Both the position numbers and the translations under genes were made by a program. From Minisyncoccia bacterium (GTDB lineage Bacteria; Patescibacteriota; Minisyncoccia; Phycocordibacterales; UBA918): a DNA stretch of 64,000 nucleotides. Under the pieces are notes generated by a model. The model searched no databases. It was not told the DNA's origin and was given only the letters and a program-made list of their open reading frames with translations. Location: assembly GCA_041742075.1 (NCBI GenBank), contig JBGSJJ010000013.1, forward strand, positions 1,801 through 65,800, written 5' to 3'. The number at the start of each line of letters is the position of its first letter. The stretch's first letter is position 1. This document shows positions 27,218 to 36,778 of the stretch, in pieces.

Positions 27218-28231
27218 TCAGAGCCGACTCACACCACCTGAGGCACGTCGCTTCGCGAGTGTGCCGCCAGTGCGAGCAGCTGTTCCGGCTGCCACCGACT
27301 TGTTGCCGATAGGCACGAGCGCGTTCTTGACGGCGCTCGCGGCTGCACCAGAGAGTCCGATGTCAGCCACGACACGGTCGGCGTCGTACGAGCTCTCGAG
27401 CATGTGGATGATGCCAGCGATGATCTCGCAGACCAGGCTCGAGTCCTCGACCATGACGAGTCGCTCTCCGAGGAGCTGCCGCCAGCGGTCGTGGATGTCC
27501 ATGCGATCAGGATAGCTGCCATCGAGTGCGAACAGGTGGAAGATGTTCCACTGCTCGCTCGCCCGAGACAGAAGCGACTCGACCGTTTCGTCACCCTCGA
27601 CGTCGACGCCGAAGATCTTCTGCACGTCGGCTCCCGTAACGGTCGGCCACGGCATCTCGTCGCCCATCGTGAAGAGGTAGCCCTTCTTGCCGCGCTTCTC
27701 GAACGCATCGCTCGCGGTGTGGTTGGCGGCGAAGTAGTAGGCGAGCCCGTAGGACTCCTTCACCTGTCCGCCGCCGCCCTCGAGGATGATGGCGCGCAGC
27801 TGATCGTCGAAGCGGTTGTCCGATTCGAACTGACCGACCTGGAACGGATAGCGGTCGCACGTCGAGTCGCCGACGGCGCCGACCAGCACCTGTGGGTCCG
27901 AGAGACCAGCCTTGTCGATGATCACGTCCATCAAGCTCGTGAGCTTCTCCTGCAAGACGCGCGGGATGCGCCCCATCGAACCAGTGACATCGAACAGCAT
28001 GGCGATCGGAATCGAGTTCGGGTGTTCGTCGCTGTCGCGGCTCTCGCGCACGCCGTAGTGGTAGCGCGCCGGGTCAGGGTTCTTGAAGCCCTTCGGGTCG
28101 AGCGAGGTATGAATGCCGCTCGCCTTGCCGGACCGAACCTTGACCGTATAGTCGAAGTCGTCGATACCACTTGCGCGGCGCGACGTAGCTGCAGCACTGT
28201 AGATGCTGCTATCCCAAGTACCACCACCCAT
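27218..28231 (-). CDS. vWA-domain protein
   Basis: FDVTGSMG MIDAS-like motif, GGGGQVKESY, TMGDE; N-terminal MGGGTW. Confidence 0.85.
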   Translation of the reverse strand: MGGGTWDSSIYSAAATSRRASGIDDFDYTVKVRSGKASGIHTSLDPKGFKNPDPARYHYGVRESRDSDEHPNSIPIAMLFDVTGSMGRIPRVLQEKLTSLMDVIIDKAGLSDPQVLVGAVGDSTCDRYPFQVGQFESDNRFDDQLRAIILEGGGGQVKESYGLAYYFAANHTASDAFEKRGKKGYLFTMGDEMPWPTVTGADVQKIFGVDVEGDETVESLLSRASEQWNIFHLFALDGSYPDRMDIHDRWRQLLGERLVMVEDSSLVCEIIAGIIHMLESSYDADRVVADIGLSGAAASAVKNALVPIGNKSVAAGTAARTGGTLAKRRASGGVSRL

Positions 28232-28264
28232 GATGTCCTCCTTTGGGTTTGGTGTAGTTTCGAT

Positions 28265-29386
28265 TCACGTGTTCGGCATAATAAGTGGCCGATACGTTCG
28301 TCCCCAGTGGCCTCGCACCGCATCAGTGAACTGACGCAGTACAAGTGCCCCATCGTGTGCACGTCGCTTCGGGTCTGCCACGAGGCAGCCCTTCACCACT
28401 TGCACGATGTCACTCGGAACCTGGCTCGGGAATCGATCGCGAGCCACGTCGCCGCCGGTGAGATAGAGAAACGCCTTGCCGGCCATGTAGAGGTCGGTTT
28501 GGTGCGTCGGTACTTCACGGGCGAATACTTCAGGCGGGTACCAGTCTCGGTAGCGGTCGATGACCGTTGTTAACCGAGCCTTCCTGACGTGTGGTTCGAT
28601 GACCGCATGCGCCCAACCCAAGTGGAGGGGCTCATGGGTCTTCGGATGCACCAGCACGTGCTCCGGCACTAGTGCGCCATTGACGACACCGAGCATCGCT
28701 GCCGCCAGAGTCTGACCGAGTACCCGTCGCCAGACCCAGGCGGCTGCCTCTTGTGGCAAGCCATCCTGGTAGGCAGTACGGATATCCTTGAGCGAAACGA
28801 AACCTGGTCGCTCACGGTAGACATTGGCGCGGTAGCGAATGTTGCCCGCTTCAAGCACCAAAAAAGTGTCAAGAAGTTCAGGCAGAAACGGTGCCAAGAC
28901 CGAAGCCTTGCCGGTCGCCCGTGACAGCACCGCCACCTCATGTTCGAGGTATTGGTTCTGGCTCGGCTCAGCCGCTACCTTCACCACAACAGCCGTGCCA
29001 TCTGCAGCGACCCCGCGATAGAGAAGCGAAAAGTCACCCTCTCTAAACGGTGTCGCGGCGCAGGTATAGCTCATCGTCGAGCCAGTGAAGCTGATAGTCG
29101 GTCCAGTTGTAGAACCAGCCGAAGCAAACGGCTCTTCGTACCGACCGGCGGCCAGTGCCGCTTTTGCACGTTCGTGCAGGTCGATGATACGTGTGAGCAC
29201 ATCGCCAGCCAGCGCTTGTTCAGGACCTGCTCGGTCGGGGTGCGAGGTGCGAGCAAGGTAGACGAACTTCTTCTTGAGTTGCCGTTCCTGCTCGCGCTTG
29301 GTACCCAGAGGGAGCGAACCAAAGACGTCACTGTAGCGAGTGGCGCCCTTAAGCTGTGAGTCGAAAGCCGCCAGTGCGCTCTGCAT
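28265..29386 (-). CDS. J-domain fused to Ser/Thr kinase-like (pseudokinase) domain
   Basis: HPD motif (RTSHPDR); EGDFSLLYRG, VVVK, NGALVPEHVL, YPPE, TDLY. Confidence 0.8.
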   Translation of the reverse strand: MQSALAAFDSQLKGATRYSDVFGSLPLGTKREQERQLKKKFVYLARTSHPDRAGPEQALAGDVLTRIIDLHERAKAALAAGRYEEPFASAGSTTGPTISFTGSTMSYTCAATPFREGDFSLLYRGVAADGTAVVVKVAAEPSQNQYLEHEVAVLSRATGKASVLAPFLPELLDTFLVLEAGNIRYRANVYRERPGFVSLKDIRTAYQDGLPQEAAAWVWRRVLGQTLAAAMLGVVNGALVPEHVLVHPKTHEPLHLGWAHAVIEPHVRKARLTTVIDRYRDWYPPEVFAREVPTHQTDLYMAGKAFLYLTGGDVARDRFPSQVPSDIVQVVKGCLVADPKRRAHDGALVLRQFTDAVRGHWGRTYRPLIMPNT

Positions 29387-29442
29387 TGTTTTGTACTCCT
29401 TCTGTCAAAGAACGTGTTGGAGTGGCTGTACCAACTCCTTCC

Positions 29443-29501
29443 TTTGTGTACTTCTTACACTAAGATATACCTATGCTTAATTAGTCTCAAGTGTACACTA
29501 A
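29443..29501 (-). promoter_or_regulatory. Promoter flanked by two 21-bp NrtR-type operators
   Basis: TTTGTGTACTTCTTACACTAA (29443-29463) and TTAGTCTCAAGTGTACACTAA (29481-29501); TTGAGA-17-TATCTT on minus strand. Confidence 0.7.
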
Positions 29502-29547
29502 GTTATGACACAGATATGTCCTTATTGTCAAATATACAATAAGGACA

Positions 29548-30219
29548 TTATGCGATGAGCGGTATCTCAGTTACGGTACTTCCCTTAAAGCGATACAGAG
29601 CTGCTGGTCGATTCTGTACCCCACTTTGCATGTCCCCAGTCTCTTCTAGAATATCGAGTGCGAGTATTTTTTTGCGAAAATTACGCTTATCAAATGTCTC
29701 GGCTCGCACAACTTCGTAGATTGATTGCAGTTCAGTGAGAGTAAATTGTTTTGGTAGTAGTTGTCTAGCGATAGTGGTGTAGAGCAATTTGCCAGCTAGT
29801 CTCGTGTGAGCGCTCGTGAGCATATCGTTATGATCGTACGCAAGTGTACCAACCTTCTTAATTGGCACCCACTTTGCACTGTCATGCGTATACCTTTCAG
29901 CGGTACTAAATGGCACCAGGCCGAGGTACGCAATTGCGACCGAGCGGCTACGCGTATCACGAGTAACGTCGGTAAAGGTGTAAAGTTGCTCAAGGTACAC
30001 ACGCTCAATGTTAACCTTCTCCTTCAAGTGGCGCGCGAGTGCTTGTTCAGCATTTTCTTCTGGTCGCATAACACCCCCGGGGAAACCAGACATTCCTTTG
30101 TAGTGATTGGTGACGGTTTCAACTGGCCGCAGTAGTGTCCATAGCATTCCGTTTCCTACAGCAAACAGCACAGCGTCTACCGCAGCTATCGCAAATCGAA
30201 ATGGTGGACTTTGAGTCAT
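29548..30219 (-). CDS. nrtR: NrtR-family regulator (Nudix + winged helix)
   Basis: FPGG..., YLEQLYTF...RD.R.R, LAYDH, FTLTELQ.IYE, DKRNFRKK, RPAALYRF. Confidence 0.9.
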   Translation of the reverse strand: MTQSPPFRFAIAAVDAVLFAVGNGMLWTLLRPVETVTNHYKGMSGFPGGVMRPEENAEQALARHLKEKVNIERVYLEQLYTFTDVTRDTRSRSVAIAYLGLVPFSTAERYTHDSAKWVPIKKVGTLAYDHNDMLTSAHTRLAGKLLYTTIARQLLPKQFTLTELQSIYEVVRAETFDKRNFRKKILALDILEETGDMQSGVQNRPAALYRFKGSTVTEIPLIA

Positions 30220-30318
30220 AGCTTACTTACTGTACAAAATACACTATTATAGACTATCTGTCGAGTACAAAAGGCACCACACAAAGTGTAGTGCCTTTTG
30301 TGTATAGACTTTGAGCGA

Positions 30319-31041
30319 CTAGTTCTTTTCTGCTACCAGCACAAACGACAATGCAATCATGTCGTCAATAACGTTGTCTGCTAGGTCGTCAAAAAACGAA
30401 CCTGAACCAGCGGTAATTCCCCACTTTGTTCGGTCGATTTCAGTGCTTGCTTCTGCTACTAGCTGACCTTCTGCATTCGTGTAGATAGTGGCCGGAAAGG
30501 TAACCTCGTGGGTTTGGTCTTTCATAGTGAGGTCACCCGTGATGTCGTACGCAAACGTAGTTGCGCTATCAGCCCTCTCTGTGACGCTGGTAATTTTAAA
30601 GCCAGCATTTGGGTAGGCTTCGACATTAAACCAACGTTCTCCCTTGAGGTGCTCTTCGAGCTTACCTTCCTGTCCAGGCTTTTTAGCAGTCAATCCCACA
30701 TCGAGTGTATTCATATCAATCACGAACTCACCAGTAGCAGTGTCACCGAGTACTGTAATCGTACCTTCGGTTACACCGAGCGTTCCGTTGTTGGTGTATC
30801 CTTCGAGGAGTGGCTTCTTGCCAGACCAGTTGACCACACTTTCAGTTGCTACAACGGTATATGCGCCGTCAGTAACCACCACTTTTTCAACTTTGGCCAT
30901 TTCTGTCTCATTTGTCGCCATGGTTGTGGTGCTGGTTTCGCCAGTAGCCATTTCTTCAGTCTTCTTGTCTGACCCCATCATGACAAAATACACCCCGCCA
31001 GCAAGTATTAGTAAAGCTCCAATTCCTAAAATAAGTTTCAT
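30319..31041 (-). CDS. YceI-family lipid/polyisoprenoid-binding protein
   Basis: HLKGERWFNVEAYP, GDLTMKD, IDRTKWGI; N-terminal anchor. Confidence 0.9.
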   Translation of the reverse strand: MKLILGIGALLILAGGVYFVMMGSDKKTEEMATGETSTTTMATNETEMAKVEKVVVTDGAYTVVATESVVNWSGKKPLLEGYTNNGTLGVTEGTITVLGDTATGEFVIDMNTLDVGLTAKKPGQEGKLEEHLKGERWFNVEAYPNAGFKITSVTERADSATTFAYDITGDLTMKDQTHEVTFPATIYTNAEGQLVAEASTEIDRTKWGITAGSGSFFDDLADNVIDDMIALSFVLVAEKN

Positions 31042-31214
31042 ATATCATCAATCAAATTATGTCTCTACTAAATGTACTCTTAGTATACTAAATTAGTGAG
31101 CCAGACCAAACAGAATTAAAACAGCACCACAAGAATTAAGGTAACGTCAGGTGACTGCCCGTTACATATCTTTGGGTCTAGGTTTTCAGCGTTTTTGTAT
31201 GACATACTATATAG

Positions 31215-31943
31215 ATGTTTCCTTTTCCACTTGGTCGCCTCCTAGTCGGTAGTGTACTTATCGGGTTGTTTGGTGCGGTTATCTCCATTGTTGGAATTGA
31301 AGGGGCTCCAGCACAAATGCGCATAGATCCAAAGTCTGCCGTTACTACTGAAGGTGGAACTTTTACTGTTGCTCTTGTCGTAGACAGCAGTGTCCCGGTA
31401 AATGCGTACAGTGGTGTACTTACCTTTGACCCGGCCATGATTACGGTAACCAATATCGACTACAACACAAGTATCGCTAACCTTTGGGTAGAAAAACCCT
31501 GGTATGAAAATGGTGATGGGACACTCACGTTTGCTGGCGGAACCACCGAAGCTGGTGGCTTTACGGGCACGGGAGCCCTTCTTACCGTCACCTTTACCAC
31601 CCACCTTGTCGGTACGGCAGTAATCAAACTAAATAATGCACGCATTCTAGCCCACAATGGATTTGGCACCGATGTTCCACTCTTTGATTCAGTTGACGCT
31701 CTCTTTACTGTTGAAGCGATTTCCACTCAAGCCAGTACTATTGCCGAAGTTGATAGTGAAAGTGCAGTGCAGGTACTTAAAACCATGCCCGATACCGACC
31801 TAAATAATGACAGCAAGGTAAACTTGGCTGACGTCAGTATCTTTATGCGCTCACTCTTTTCTAATAACCCAGAACATGACTTTAATGGAGATGGTGTTAC
31901 GAATCTTGCCGACTTAAGTATCCTCCTGGATGCTCGAGAGTAG
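31215..31943 (+). CDS. Secreted cohesin + dockerin domain protein
   Basis: PVNAYSGVLTFDP...GTLTFAGG cohesin; DLNNDSKVNLADVSI and DFNGDGVTNLADLSI dockerin repeats. Confidence 0.8.
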   Translation: MFPFPLGRLLVGSVLIGLFGAVISIVGIEGAPAQMRIDPKSAVTTEGGTFTVALVVDSSVPVNAYSGVLTFDPAMITVTNIDYNTSIANLWVEKPWYENGDGTLTFAGGTTEAGGFTGTGALLTVTFTTHLVGTAVIKLNNARILAHNGFGTDVPLFDSVDALFTVEAISTQASTIAEVDSESAVQVLKTMPDTDLNNDSKVNLADVSIFMRSLFSNNPEHDFNGDGVTNLADLSILLDARE

Positions 31944-31958
31944 TTTCGACACCTCTCG

Positions 31959-33125
31959 CTACATTGACTCAGTAATTTTAAGCATCTCTCCCATTTCATC
32001 AGTTTGGAGTACGTACACAGCCGGTATTACGCCAGGCGTACTAATACAAGCTGAACGACCAACCACTGTTTCGTTTATTGCTGAGTCGAGTGAAAGATGT
32101 ACACCTTCTAACCCTTCTATGATGAGAGCCCGCAGGGTCGGGTTGCGTTCAGTGGCGGTAGCCGTAAAAATTAGGGCATCAATCCCTCCGAGTGCTGCCA
32201 CATACCCTCCGATAGCTAGTTGGATTTTGTAGATAAATTGCTCAAGGGCTATTACTGCTTCATGGTCGCGTTCGTGATACCTCTTAATTAAAATCCTTAA
32301 ATCATGGACACCACTCCTTGCTTTGAAGCCACCACCTTGCTGAAGAAAGGAGTGGGCATGACTTAGTGGTACACCGCTCGCTTCAAGGTACGCCACCAGT
32401 GCCGATGCCTCAAGGTCCCCGGCCCGCGTACTCATTATTAGTCCCCCGCCGGGAGTAAAGCCCATTGTCGTATCGATACTCTCTCCAGCCCGGACAGCCG
32501 TCACACTAACCCCACTTCCAACATGACAGACGATTAGTCGTTCCGGCAGGAATCCCATTTTTGCTGGCAGTTGGCGAACAACCGAAGCGACTGAGAGCCC
32601 GTGATACCCGAAGCGATAAATGTCGTACTTCTCTGCTTCACCCGGGCTAATGCTAAAATCTCTTGCGACCTTTGGTAGGGTACGGTGAAAGAAGCTATCG
32701 GACACACCGACAAAACGAGCGTTCGGGAGGAGCTCAAGCACCGTTTGAATCTCTTTTTCCATAACAGGAATATGGAGCGGTGCCCGCGCAAGTACCTGAG
32801 TAAATAACTCAATATACGAGGCATCAATTATCCGGTGAGTCTGAAAAAATGTCCCCGGAGCTACTATACGTATTCCGACTCTAGTCACCTCTTCTTTACT
32901 CCCGATACACTTCCGCTCTTCTGCCGTCTTCAACACTTGAGCTAAGGCAGTGTCAAAATCGACTTGAGATAAGGGTAGACACTGTTGCTCGCCATGGATC
33001 GTCGTACACAGTTCATAGCCTGACTCTGTTGATTCAAACCGCATCGTCAGGAGGAGCTCACTATTTTTGTAGAGCGCGTATTTTTTCGAGGAACTACCTG
33101 GATTTATGATGAGCGTGGTTGCCAT
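31959..33125 (-). CDS. ackA: Acetate kinase
   Basis: INPGSSSKK, APLH, RFGYHGLS, HVGSG.S, DTTMGFTP, TDE. Confidence 0.92.
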   Translation of the reverse strand: MATTLIINPGSSSKKYALYKNSELLLTMRFESTESGYELCTTIHGEQQCLPLSQVDFDTALAQVLKTAEERKCIGSKEEVTRVGIRIVAPGTFFQTHRIIDASYIELFTQVLARAPLHIPVMEKEIQTVLELLPNARFVGVSDSFFHRTLPKVARDFSISPGEAEKYDIYRFGYHGLSVASVVRQLPAKMGFLPERLIVCHVGSGVSVTAVRAGESIDTTMGFTPGGGLIMSTRAGDLEASALVAYLEASGVPLSHAHSFLQQGGGFKARSGVHDLRILIKRYHERDHEAVIALEQFIYKIQLAIGGYVAALGGIDALIFTATATERNPTLRALIIEGLEGVHLSLDSAINETVVGRSACISTPGVIPAVYVLQTDEMGEMLKITESM

Positions 33126-35464
33126 ACCCAGTTGGTTATATCTGCTGGATCGTCACCATTTTTAACCACATACGCGTGATGCGCCCCCAACTCTTCGTGA
33201 TACTTGTCAATCAAAGTCTCAGCTTCTCTATCAGTTATAACTCCTAAGTCACGTGCCCGGGCGAACCCTTCTAGGGCAAGATGGAAGCGGTCTACTCGAT
33301 TGCGCACCATCATGTCAAACGGAGTGGTGGTTGAACCGGTTTCTTCATAGCCATGAATAGAAAAACGTGAAGTTGTGCAGTTATAGTCAAACAAAACTTG
33401 TTTAATTGTTTGCGGATAACCATGGAAGTTAATGATGACTGGCTTATCTTCGGTAAAGTAATCGTTGAAGTCGTAACGTAACACTCGGCAATTTGAATGT
33501 CCGATGCCAAGAGCCGAAAGTGATGTGATAGAAACAAAGCGGAGACGAAGTCCGGGTATTTCCCGGCGGAGTATACTCATCGCTGCCAGTACCTCAAGAG
33601 TAGGATAATCGCCGGCTGCTGAGTACACAATATGTGGATCAGCATCACTCGCAAAATCCCAAATCGAGACCCCGTCTTCGACGTCACGTTCTGCCTCAGC
33701 TAAGGTGCGCCAAACTGGCAGTGGTCGCTTCTCTGCCACCATGACATTTATCTCTCTCGTTGAAGCCATCATTTTTCTAAACACCACAAGCGCAGTCGTG
33801 GCATCTGCTGGAAAGTACACATTACTGAAACAACCCTGTCGTTGCAGTACATCATCGATGAAGCCAGGGTTTTGGTGAGAAAAACCATTGTGTTCTTGTC
33901 TCCAGCCAGTTGAAGTCAGTATGTAGTTGAGTGACGGCACGTTACCACGCCATGATACATCGCGGGCGATTTTAAGAAACTTAGCGTACTGATCCACCAT
34001 ACTCGCCACAATCTGCACAAACGCCTCATAGGAAACAAATAAACCATGTCGACCGGTCAGTACGTAGCCTTGCATCAAACCTTGCAAACTATGTTCTGAA
34101 AGCATTTCCATCACTCGCCCATCTCTTGCTATGTCTTTGTCCCACGGACGAAGTGGCCACACGAATGCACGTTTAGTAAACTCAAACACTGCATGTACTT
34201 TGTTTGAATACGTTTCGTCAGGTGAGAATAAACGAACATTACGCTCACTGTCGTTTTCTCGCATAATGTCACGCAAGTACGCACCAATCGTTTCGAGACT
34301 ACTCACTTGGCCACAAATTGGATTATTTAAATCACAAGTAGCGGTGGCAACGTATGACTCAGCTGCTGGCAACACAAGTGGTACATAGTGCGGGGCACCA
34401 CCGCGCGCATAGCTTGAACTACCCATTCGCAAATCTTCTCTAGGCACCAGCGCTTCAATTTCTGGACTAAAGCGTTCACCGTCAAACAGTTCAGAAAAAT
34501 TGTATGACCGAAGCCATGTCTCGAGAGCGGTAAAGTCTTCTTCATCAGTACGAGCTAACTCAGCAATCACCTGGTGAGAATTATGGTTATCTTCGATTCG
34601 TTTGCCGTGTAGCTCAGGAATACTGTGCCAGCCTTTTGGACTGCGCAAAATAATGACCGGCCATTTTGGATGGTCAGCCAGCGTACCTTCGCGAGCACAA
34701 TGCTGAGTAAAGTGGATTGAGGCCAAGGCTCGGTCAAGTGTGTCTGCCATAACAGCGTGAGGGTCTTCGGCGGTGTAGGCGTCAACAAACATTGGCTCAT
34801 AGCCGTATCCAGTAAAGAGAGCCTGAAGCTCCTCGTCACTCATCCGTCCATAAAAAGTGGGTCCGGAAATCTTGTAACCGTTGATATGCACTATCGGCAG
34901 AACGGCTCCGTTGTGTTTTGGATCAACGAGTTTATTTAAATGCCAGGCAGTAGCAGTTGGACCTGTCTCTGCTTCGCCGTCACCAACCATGCACGCAACG
35001 ATGAGTCTTGGATTATCTAAAATTGCTCCATACGAGGTAGCGAGCGCATACCCCAACTCCCCACCTTCGAGAATCACTCCGGGCGCTTCAGGGTTACTGT
35101 GACTCGGAAACCCATACGGCCAACTGAACTGACGGATCATGTGTGATAAGCCGTCTTTTGTTCGCGGTACTTCAGGGTTAAATTTTGACAGCGTTCCTTC
35201 CAGGAAAAGATTGGACTGGATAGCCGGAAATCCATGACCGGGTCCAAGCACAAATAGCATCTCTTGTTGCTTTTCGATTATGATTCGGTTCAGGTGAGCG
35301 TAGGTGAAGTTGATACCAGGGCAGGTACCCCAGTGACCAAGGAGTCTTGATTTAATATGCTCTGGACGAAGAGGTTCAGTGAGTAAAAAATTATCCTGTA
35401 AATAAATTTGGGCAGCTGACAAATAATCAGCAGCACGAACAAAAGAACGAAAATCATAATTCAT
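33104..35464 (-). CDS. xfp: Phosphoketolase
   Basis: LLGHWGTCPG, GPGHG, EGGELGY, GDGEAETG, SPDET, RQEHNGFSHQNP. Confidence 0.96.
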   Translation of the reverse strand: MNYDFRSFVRAADYLSAAQIYLQDNFLLTEPLRPEHIKSRLLGHWGTCPGINFTYAHLNRIIIEKQQEMLFVLGPGHGFPAIQSNLFLEGTLSKFNPEVPRTKDGLSHMIRQFSWPYGFPSHSNPEAPGVILEGGELGYALATSYGAILDNPRLIVACMVGDGEAETGPTATAWHLNKLVDPKHNGAVLPIVHINGYKISGPTFYGRMSDEELQALFTGYGYEPMFVDAYTAEDPHAVMADTLDRALASIHFTQHCAREGTLADHPKWPVIILRSPKGWHSIPELHGKRIEDNHNSHQVIAELARTDEEDFTALETWLRSYNFSELFDGERFSPEIEALVPREDLRMGSSSYARGGAPHYVPLVLPAAESYVATATCDLNNPICGQVSSLETIGAYLRDIMRENDSERNVRLFSPDETYSNKVHAVFEFTKRAFVWPLRPWDKDIARDGRVMEMLSEHSLQGLMQGYVLTGRHGLFVSYEAFVQIVASMVDQYAKFLKIARDVSWRGNVPSLNYILTSTGWRQEHNGFSHQNPGFIDDVLQRQGCFSNVYFPADATTALVVFRKMMASTREINVMVAEKRPLPVWRTLAEAERDVEDGVSIWDFASDADPHIVYSAAGDYPTLEVLAAMSILRREIPGLRLRFVSITSLSALGIGHSNCRVLRYDFNDYFTEDKPVIINFHGYPQTIKQVLFDYNCTTSRFSIHGYEETGSTTTPFDMMVRNRVDRFHLALEGFARARDLGVITDREAETLIDKYHEELGAHHAYVVKNGDDPADITNWVWQPRSS

Positions 35465-35609
35465 AACCCCTATATAATAGCAGTTAGCTACAAATAAATG
35501 TATAGATTATTTGCACTACTTTTATGTCGGATACGTTTACTGAGAAAACTTTTTTGCCCAGGCTAGATTCGTGCGGAATTTTAACCTGCCTGCTATACTA
35601 GCGAACGTT

Positions 35610-36014
35610 ATGAAAACTACATACACCTTTCCGGCCGTCGCGGTAAAAAAAAGTTCTGCCGGTCTTGGGCTTTTTACCACCACTGACATTAAAAAAGACG
35701 AGCTCATTATTGAGTACACGGGGGAACGGATTTCAGACGAAGAAGCGAACAAGCGAGGTGGTCAATACTTGTTTATCGTTACCGATAGCTTAGTTATTGA
35801 TGGTAAGGGTCGCGAAAACAAAGCTCGCTATATCAACCACTCGTGTCGACCCAACGCCGAAGCGGAACATGACGAAGCTGAGGATAGAATTTTTATCCGC
35901 GCGCGAAAGCAGATTAAGTCAGGCGAAGAAATTACCTATCACTATGGAAGTGATTTTTTTAAACGAATCATCAAAGGAAAAGGTTGTCGTTGTGCAAAGT
36001 GTCGTGCGAAGTGA
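35610..36014 (+). CDS. SET-domain lysine methyltransferase
   Basis: GLGLF, EYTGE, RYINHSC.PN, GEEITYHY, post-SET CRCAKC. Confidence 0.92.
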   Translation: MKTTYTFPAVAVKKSSAGLGLFTTTDIKKDELIIEYTGERISDEEANKRGGQYLFIVTDSLVIDGKGRENKARYINHSCRPNAEAEHDEAEDRIFIRARKQIKSGEEITYHYGSDFFKRIIKGKGCRCAKCRAK

Positions 36015-36039
36015 CCTCAGTTAAAGATCGATACCAAAA

Positions 36040-36711
36040 TTAGACACCTGGTACTGGCTCTGTCGCTTCTGTAGTTACCGACTCAACTTCTTCTACCTCA
36101 GTGACATCTGACTCAGACGTAGCACTATCTGTGACTTCTTCTGTCGAACTGGCGGTTTCACTTTCTGTCCCTCCTTGGGTTGGGTCGGTAGTAGACGCGG
36201 TTGAAGAGCCCGTTGTCGAATCTGTGGGTGCAAGCACTGAGACAGATTCTCCTGGTACATTTGGTACTTGGTTTTCTGGATCTGATGGTACAAGTCCGAT
36301 TCCGAGCGAAAGTGGCGACGGTGGCGCCGGTACAACGACAGGTGTGCCGTCTGGGTTGGGTTGCATTTTGGCAACTTGCGCCACGATGGTTGCAGAAACG
36401 TCTATCTGCCCCCGATCACTAATACCGATGTAAGCTGAAAAACCGAAGACGACTAGAAATAAGGCGAGACTGACGTAAAGCTGGATTGGGGCAGGGCGAC
36501 GATGGTTGTTAGTAAACTGGATTTCAGTCGGAGCTTTGCGGGTTACGATTTTTTCTTCTTCTCGCTCAGTCGGTGTTGCTACTTTAGTGCGAGAAACTGT
36601 CTTTCGAGGAGCTCGTGGAGCGCGTGGTTTTGGAACTTTTGGCACGTCTTCAACCGTCGACTTAGCGCGCGTTCTAGTGGTTGTTGTTGTGCGTGGTGTT
36701 TTCTCTACCAT
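36040..36711 (-). CDS. Single-TM hypothetical protein, basic N-terminus and acidic Ser/Thr-rich tail
   Basis: Start MVEKTP; TM LYVSLALFLVVFGFSAYIG. Confidence 0.65.
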   Translation of the reverse strand: MVEKTPRTTTTTRTRAKSTVEDVPKVPKPRAPRAPRKTVSRTKVATPTEREEEKIVTRKAPTEIQFTNNHRRPAPIQLYVSLALFLVVFGFSAYIGISDRGQIDVSATIVAQVAKMQPNPDGTPVVVPAPPSPLSLGIGLVPSDPENQVPNVPGESVSVLAPTDSTTGSSTASTTDPTQGGTESETASSTEEVTDSATSESDVTEVEEVESVTTEATEPVPGV

Positions 36712-36778
36712 ACGCGAGCTTGTGGCGATATTGTAGCATCTGATACCATAGATACATAATAACCTACTCTTCTTATTT

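Larger units (their letters stand above)
25604..30384. mobile_element. 4.7-kb integrase-less genomic island bounded by an exact 32-bp direct repeat (25604-25635 and 30353-30384)
   Basis: GCAATCATGTCGTCAATAACGTTGTCTGCTAG at both ends; cargo visibly more GC-rich than flanks. Confidence 0.75.

Noticed and set aside
27404-28573. 389-aa plus-strand ORF
   Set aside because: Antisense shadow of the GC-rich vWA and kinase genes
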